Source of the DNA: a virus
Lineage: Duplodnaviria > Caudoviricetes
Direction: 5' to 3' (one strand)
DNA: 39,689 nucleotides
Virus record (IMG/VR): IMGVR_UViG_3300043414_000666
Span: 1 to 39,689 of that record
Shown one piece after another: positions 35,327 through 39,689 of this stretch (positions are counted from its first letter, which is position 1; every line of letters begins with the position of its first letter). Under the pieces are notes generated by a model that was not told where the DNA came from, did not search any database, and was given only the letters and a program-made list of their open reading frames with translations. Made by a program: the position numbers and the translations under genes.

Positions 35327-35969
35327 CATTCGTGGAGGAAAAACTTATTACATGGTGGAAGGCCGGATCGGTGTTTTCAATCAGGCCAACCGCCGTGGAT
35401 CAATCATAACTGAAATTATCGGCAACCCCTCAGAGTGGGTGTTTGTCAAAGCCAAGGTCACTCCTGATACGGATCGTCCCGAGCGATACTTTGTGGGTCA
35501 TTCTCAAGCCAAATGGCAGGGGAATATCAATGGAAATGCCGCCCTCGAGAACGCTGAAACTTCAGCGATTGGAAGAGCATTGGCGGCTATGGGTCTTGGT
35601 GGTGGTGCGAGTTTTGACGAGATGATGAAATGCGGGGCGATTAAGAATGAGGATATTGTTGTGGTCAGCGGAGAGAAGGATGAGCCCAAGCAGGATAACA
35701 AAATTGTAAAGATGGAGATTCCTGCCGAGAACCTTACTTCCGCCGATTCCATCTCCAAAGTTGAGGCATTCCTAATTGCCAACAAAGACATCTCCTCCTC
35801 AGACCTAGTTGAATTTTTGGCGGATCAGGGCAGAGAGATTGATTTGACTGATGTTAACGGGGATTGGGTAAGACTTCCTGAGAAGCTGATTAAGGAACTG
35901 GCCTCAAAGGTGGACAAGCTATCCAAGGCAGTAAGGGCTTGGAAAAAGAAGCGAATCGAAAGCGTGTAA
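35295..35969 (+). CDS. Putative ssDNA-annealing protein (Rad52/Sak-like fold)
   Basis: YxxVxxRI, VFVKAKV, ALENAETSAIGRALAAMG motifs; upstream of exonuclease and SSB-like genes. Confidence 0.65.
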   Translation: MNQIMALKSVNIRGGKTYYMVEGRIGVFNQANRRGSIITEIIGNPSEWVFVKAKVTPDTDRPERYFVGHSQAKWQGNINGNAALENAETSAIGRALAAMGLGGGASFDEMMKCGAIKNEDIVVVSGEKDEPKQDNKIVKMEIPAENLTSADSISKVEAFLIANKDISSSDLVEFLADQGREIDLTDVNGDWVRLPEKLIKELASKVDKLSKAVRAWKKKRIESV

Positions 35970-36007
35970 GATGACTATATATGTCCTAAAAAGGATACAA
36001 TAAATAT

Positions 36008-36763
36008 ATGCCAAAAGGGATAAAAAAGAAAAAAACTAGCGATGTTTCAGCCCATCTTCAGAAGAGGCTTGCTGAATACGGGATCACTTTACCCCAAAAG
36101 GAACATAAAGTGGTCAAGCTGGACCTTAACGAACCCCATCAGAAGTATTTCCTCAAGGATGGAACTGAAGTCGATGGAACAACTAGGGCTTTGCAGTATA
36201 TCCCAAAGCCTGCCCTTGTTCATTGGGGCGCGAAGTTGGGCAGGGAGGGCAAGAGTCCGGACAAGGAACTCAAGACAGCTGGCAGGATCGGGACGATTGC
36301 TCACTTCCTGTGTCAATGTGATCTACTTGGCTGGGAGCCTGACCTTTCCGATTGTGACGGAGATGAGGTTAAGTCTGCTCAAGTAGCATTTGGGGCTTAC
36401 CGGAAGTGGTTTGAGGGTTCAGGCCTTCGTCCTGTGGCAGTGGAGATGCAGTTGGTATCCGAGTGCTATCGGTTTGGAGGCACGATTGATTTGATCGGCC
36501 TCGACGAGCATGAGGATCTGACTCTTGTGGACTTCAAAACAAGTGGAGGCCTATACGACTCTTACGATTTTCAGGTTGCGGCTTATGCAACTCTGTTCGA
36601 GGAGAACTTCCGCCGACTTCCGATTCGCAACCTACTCCTAGTGCGAATTGATAAAACCAAAGGAGTCCATCAAACCCGCCACCTGACCGCATGGAAACGG
36701 CAATGGGAAGTGTATGTTGCACTCCTCAGGTTGGCAAAACGCATAAAGGATATTTCAGCGTAG
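36008..36763 (+). CDS. PD-(D/E)XK exonuclease
   Basis: GTIAH, E...FGGTIDL...VDFKTS, QVAAY. Confidence 0.85.
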   Translation: MPKGIKKKKTSDVSAHLQKRLAEYGITLPQKEHKVVKLDLNEPHQKYFLKDGTEVDGTTRALQYIPKPALVHWGAKLGREGKSPDKELKTAGRIGTIAHFLCQCDLLGWEPDLSDCDGDEVKSAQVAFGAYRKWFEGSGLRPVAVEMQLVSECYRFGGTIDLIGLDEHEDLTLVDFKTSGGLYDSYDFQVAAYATLFEENFRRLPIRNLLLVRIDKTKGVHQTRHLTAWKRQWEVYVALLRLAKRIKDISA

Positions 36764-36769
36764 CAAATG

Positions 36770-36779
36770 TGTAACAAGC
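36770..36779 (+). promoter_or_regulatory. TGTAACAAGC box 6
   Basis: Exact 10-mer, intergenic, co-oriented with the downstream gene. Confidence 0.7.
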
Positions 36780-36807
36780 CTTTGCAAGCTGAAGTAATTA
36801 AATAACA

Positions 36808-37035
36808 ATGGCATACGAACCTAGAGAGGGATCAGGAGTTCTGTTCCCCGAAAGAGATAAGAAGAATGAAAAAGCCCCTGATTTTAAGGGGAACATCCTG
36901 ATTGGTGGGAACCAGATCAGGATCGCTGGATGGAAGAAGCAAGGTCAGAAGGGGACATTCATCTCCCTTTCCGTCGATAACAAGCCCAAAGCTCCGGTGA
37001 AGGCGAATGAGCCCGAAGCCGACTTTGACTTTTAA
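36808..37035 (+). CDS. DUF736-like ssDNA-binding protein
   Basis: GVLF..KKNEKAPDFKG..IAGWKK..FISLSV; acidic ADFDF tail. Confidence 0.8.
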   Translation: MAYEPREGSGVLFPERDKKNEKAPDFKGNILIGGNQIRIAGWKKQGQKGTFISLSVDNKPKAPVKANEPEADFDF

Positions 37036-37055
37036 TCGGAGACAGAGGTGAAGCA

Positions 37056-37385
37056 ATGCGGCCCCGAGAAAAGTTTCTTCTTTTGTGGAAAGCGGCCTCG
37101 GGGCCGCAGTTGCAAGAGGAGTACCGATTTCATGAGAAACGAAAATGGAAAGCTGACTTCCGATACGACTCTCCCCGACTTGGCCCAATTCATATTGAGA
37201 TTGAAGGGGGCATCTGGCTTGGGGGAAAGGCGAGGCATACCTCGGGTGTCGGCTACTGGAAGGACTGCGAAAAGTATAACGAGGCTTGTCTCATGGGAAT
37301 CAAGGTCATCCGTCTTGCAGGACCACTCATAAACCATGAATACATCGAAAGATTGGCCGGATGGATTCGAGGGGGAGGCTCCTGA
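37056..37385 (+). CDS. Restriction-endonuclease-fold protein (Vsr/DUF559-like)
   Basis: EYRFH..RKWKADF..IEIEGG..RH..GY..DCEKYN. Confidence 0.8.
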   Translation: MRPREKFLLLWKAASGPQLQEEYRFHEKRKWKADFRYDSPRLGPIHIEIEGGIWLGGKARHTSGVGYWKDCEKYNEACLMGIKVIRLAGPLINHEYIERLAGWIRGGGS

Positions 37386-37392
37386 AATTGGC

Positions 37393-37551
37393 ATGAGTGG
37401 GTTCCCTGATGACTCCAAGTACACACGGGAGATGGCAAGAGAGGACAAGAAGAAGCTCGAGGCCTTCCTAGCCAAGAGGGGACTTGTATCCAAAAGCTAC
37501 AACGACTTTTTCTGGCAAGGACGGAGCAAGAGCAGAAGGAGAAAGAAATGA
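37393..37551 (+). CDS. Basic hypothetical protein
   Basis: ATG 37393 after the upstream stop; ATGA coupling downstream. Confidence 0.6.
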   Translation: MSGFPDDSKYTREMAREDKKKLEAFLAKRGLVSKSYNDFFWQGRSKSRRRKK

Positions 37552-37799
37552 TTTTCAAGGGAATCACAATCCATGACGGGCATGAGCCTTCGTATTTCTG
37601 TCGGGGGTCAATGCACCGTCTCTCACTAGGAGAAATCTTAACCAGAGGAATAGGTGAACTAATGAAGAAAAAGAAAACCAAGAAGGAAACCACAATCAAG
37701 AACGTCAACTTTAGCCCACTGATGAAGGCAAGTATCAGCCGACAACTGCTGATGTGGGCGAAGAGTAAGAGTCTCGAGAAGGTGGTGTTGGATAAATGA
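37548..37799 (+). CDS. Basic hypothetical protein
   Basis: AAGGAG RBS; coupled. Confidence 0.7.
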   Translation: MIFKGITIHDGHEPSYFCRGSMHRLSLGEILTRGIGELMKKKKTKKETTIKNVNFSPLMKASISRQLLMWAKSKSLEKVVLDK

Positions 37800-38011
37800 A
37801 ACATATCGCAAAACGACTCGATTGGATGTGGGACATATTGATGAGTGTTGAGATCAATCTAAAGAAACTCTCGAAAGAAGTGGCGGAACCAAGCACTCAC
37901 TTGGTCAAGGAGGTCCGACAACAGGTTGAGTCAGCCGAGAAGATCCTCTCCGAGATCATTAAGTCCCACAAGAAACACAAAGAGGAACAAAGGAAAGCAA
38001 ATGAAAAGTGA
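37796..38011 (+). CDS. Hypothetical helical protein
   Basis: ATGA coupling. Confidence 0.7.
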   Translation: MKHIAKRLDWMWDILMSVEINLKKLSKEVAEPSTHLVKEVRQQVESAEKILSEIIKSHKKHKEEQRKANEK

Positions 38012-38180
38012 GCAAGCAGTCCGTCAAAAGTATTGGGAGATACGGGACGAGATGAAGCAAGGGGATAGCAACATGACAAAAGATTTTGATCTTGGATACA
38101 TGGACGCACTTGAGTGGGTCCTGAGTCTCCGGATTAACCCCGCCCCTCAGTGGGTAAAGGATGCCGATTATGAAGAATAA
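38001..38180 (+). CDS. Hypothetical protein (GYMDALEWVL motif)
   Basis: ATG 38001 with AAGGA upstream. Confidence 0.7.
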   Translation: MKSEQAVRQKYWEIRDEMKQGDSNMTKDFDLGYMDALEWVLSLRINPAPQWVKDADYEE

Positions 38181-38496
38181 TGATCGTTTCTCAACCGGAT
38201 CAGTCAGGGACTCGAGGGAGGGGAAGGGCAGGTATGACCTGATCCCACCTGAAGCGATCCATGAACTTGCCATTCACTTTGAGGAGGGGGCAAAGAAATA
38301 CGGAGACAGGAATTGGGAGCTAGGTCAGCCGATCAGCCGGATCATGGACTCCGCTTTGCGCCATGCCTTTTCCTATATGGCAAAGAAGAAGGACGAGAAT
38401 CATCTCGGGGCGGCTTGTTGGAATCTAATCGCCGCAATGACCATCAGGGCTCGAGTCAACAAAGGGGAACTACCACAGGAGTTAGACGATCTATGA
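38161..38496 (+). CDS. dATP/dGTP diphosphohydrolase N-terminal domain protein (DUF5664-like)
   Basis: FSTGSVRD..GKGRYDLIP..GAKKYGDRNWE.G..DSALRH..HLGAACWN. Confidence 0.85.
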   Translation: MPIMKNNDRFSTGSVRDSREGKGRYDLIPPEAIHELAIHFEEGAKKYGDRNWELGQPISRIMDSALRHAFSYMAKKKDENHLGAACWNLIAAMTIRARVNKGELPQELDDL

Positions 38497-38678
38497 AAGA
38501 ACCTGAAGATGAAATGACACAGGGAGACAGGGAGTGGCTTGAACTAGCCAAACGCAACCCTTGGATCTTTAGCAACTACGGAGACGGGAAGAAGGACGAG
38601 GAGGACGATGATTGCTCAGAGACTAGCTTTCAGAAGTTCTGCGACTACTCCGGCAACAATAGGTATCCAAAAGAATGA
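38493..38678 (+). CDS. Acidic hypothetical protein
   Basis: AGGAG RBS; ATGA coupling at both ends. Confidence 0.7.
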   Translation: MKEPEDEMTQGDREWLELAKRNPWIFSNYGDGKKDEEDDDCSETSFQKFCDYSGNNRYPKE

Positions 38679-39091
38679 GAGCAGTAACACCTGAAATTGA
38701 CGTTCACTTTGACAGGAACCTAAAGGCCGGAGTCACTTATGTGATTCATGATAGGGATGCTGGTCCCATGATTTCAAAGGTGGGTGGGCTTGCGTCGATG
38801 GAGGCCTGCGAACTTCCCGCATACGACAAGAACGAGGATTACAACGGAAAGACTTTGACCATCCTGAAGGATGGAATGGTCGGGGACATCTTCCTTCTTG
38901 GTCCAATCGTGGATGCGATCAAGAAGCGTTGGCCGGATGTGATCCTTGAGATTTGTTGCAGGATGAAAACGGAGATAGCAGTTCCTCCTGTCTGCTTGCA
39001 CCTGCCCTATCCTGCGGAGCATTCGGTGTTACTTCGCAGGGATGCGGTTCTCAATCTCTCGGACGCAAAGATTTTTGAGTTCAGCGTATGA
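38675..39091 (+). CDS. Protein with glycosyltransferase family 9-like N-terminal motif, apparently truncated
   Basis: ILKDGMVGDIFLLGPIVDAIKKRWPD resembles the heptosyltransferase GDxxxxxPxxxAxKxxxP motif. Confidence 0.6.
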   Translation: MRAVTPEIDVHFDRNLKAGVTYVIHDRDAGPMISKVGGLASMEACELPAYDKNEDYNGKTLTILKDGMVGDIFLLGPIVDAIKKRWPDVILEICCRMKTEIAVPPVCLHLPYPAEHSVLLRRDAVLNLSDAKIFEFSV

Positions 39092-39689
39092 GTTCCCTAG
39101 CTGTGTTCTCATCCGCTACTTGGGGTCCCGTCGAGAAGGCTATTCTATCAGCCCTAGCTCATGATTTCGGGGAGAAGGAGCGGATTCTGGATGAGGTTCA
39201 GGCGAAGGACTTCTTTCTTCCGGAAGCCCAAAGCCTCTTCACCTACATGGCGGAAGAGATCAACTCAGGAAGGACGGTGGATTGCGCTTCGCTCCTAGCT
39301 ACGGCAACCAACGAGACAACGAGGAATCTCATCATTGATATTTCAAGTGCGATGCCGACATCAGCGAGTCAGGCCGATTCGCATATCGGCAAGCTCAAGG
39401 AACTATCCCGACTGCGTTCCATCAATCGAGCTATCGAGGAAGCTAGGATGAAGCTCGAGAGGGCGGAGCCTTCTATCGAGATTGCTACGTCCTTGGAGGG
39501 GGCGATGCGGGAGGTTGAGACGGACGCACCCTCGCAAGCCATAACGATTGCGGAGTGTGCGGATAAGGCCTTGGAGGGGGTTCGGGCGGCAATCAATCGT
39601 GGATGCCTCTATGCCGGAATCCCATCTGGAATCCCCAAGCTGGATCAGATTTGCGGGGGATGGCAGGCCGGACAACTCATCGGGTTGGC
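39088..39689 (+). CDS. dnaB: Replicative DNA helicase DnaB, N-terminal part (runs off the window end into 1-880)
   Basis: ATG 39088 gives MSSLAVF..VEKAILSAL..KDFFLPEAQSLF..LKELSRLR, in frame with the repeat; missing from the track because it has no stop in the window. Confidence 0.92.
   Translation, partial: MSSLAVFSSATWGPVEKAILSALAHDFGEKERILDEVQAKDFFLPEAQSLFTYMAEEINSGRTVDCASLLATATNETTRNLIIDISSAMPTSASQADSHIGKLKELSRLRSINRAIEEARMKLERAEPSIEIATSLEGAMREVETDAPSQAITIAECADKALEGVRAAINRGCLYAGIPSGIPKLDQICGGWQAGQLIGL
39528..39689. repeat. Terminal direct repeat, copy 2
   Basis: 158/162 identical to 1-162. Confidence 0.97.

Noticed and set aside
36008-36763. Cas4 / CRISPR adaptation gene
   Set aside because: PD-(D/E)XK fold, but the C-terminal Fe-S cysteine cluster is absent and the context is annealing protein plus SSB, i.e. 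a recombination exonuclease.
209-37804. Long antisense or alternative-frame ORFs (e.g. 209-847, 11436-11930, 14929-15558, 37032-37493, 37253-37804)
   Set aside because: They overlap well-supported genes and have no motif or RBS; treated as shadow ORFs.
38161-38496. 2-aminoadenine (Z) genome system
   Set aside because: No PurZ or dedicated polymerase is recognisable, and strong restriction-site avoidance argues for unmodified DNA.
1-39689. Stop-codon reassignment
   Set aside because: TAA, TGA and TAG all end tightly packed, full-length genes under the standard code.

Overview
The window is an apparently complete, circularly permuted ~39.5-kb temperate podovirus-like phage genome. Its first 162 nt recur at the end (4 synonymous mismatches), splitting a DnaB helicase gene across the ends. 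Modules: replication/recombination (34994-39689 and 1-2110, +); an array of ~22 small leftward genes led by an ArdC-like gene and joined by look-alike intergenic linkers (2107-8317, -); TerS/TerL, holin and spanin candidates, portal, scaffold, N4-gp56-type capsid, tail/receptor-binding and ejection proteins (8992-31604, +); PD-(D/E)XK nuclease, 2OG-Fe(II) oxygenase and endolysin; putative attP, tyrosine integrase and a divergent RHH/HTH switch. The most unusual signals are: (i) apparent genome-wide absence of CCNGG and GCWGC, with no Pro-Gly dipeptide in the proteome and normally conserved motifs altered accordingly; (ii) a 10-bp intergenic box (GCTTGTTACA, six exact copies) resembling a DnaA box, alongside a phage-encoded DnaA-domain-IV-like HTH protein; (iii) three unannotated Ldr/Fst-like hydrophobic peptides in the small-gene array. 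All family assignments come from motif recognition by eye, not database searches, and the motif absences are by-eye scans.
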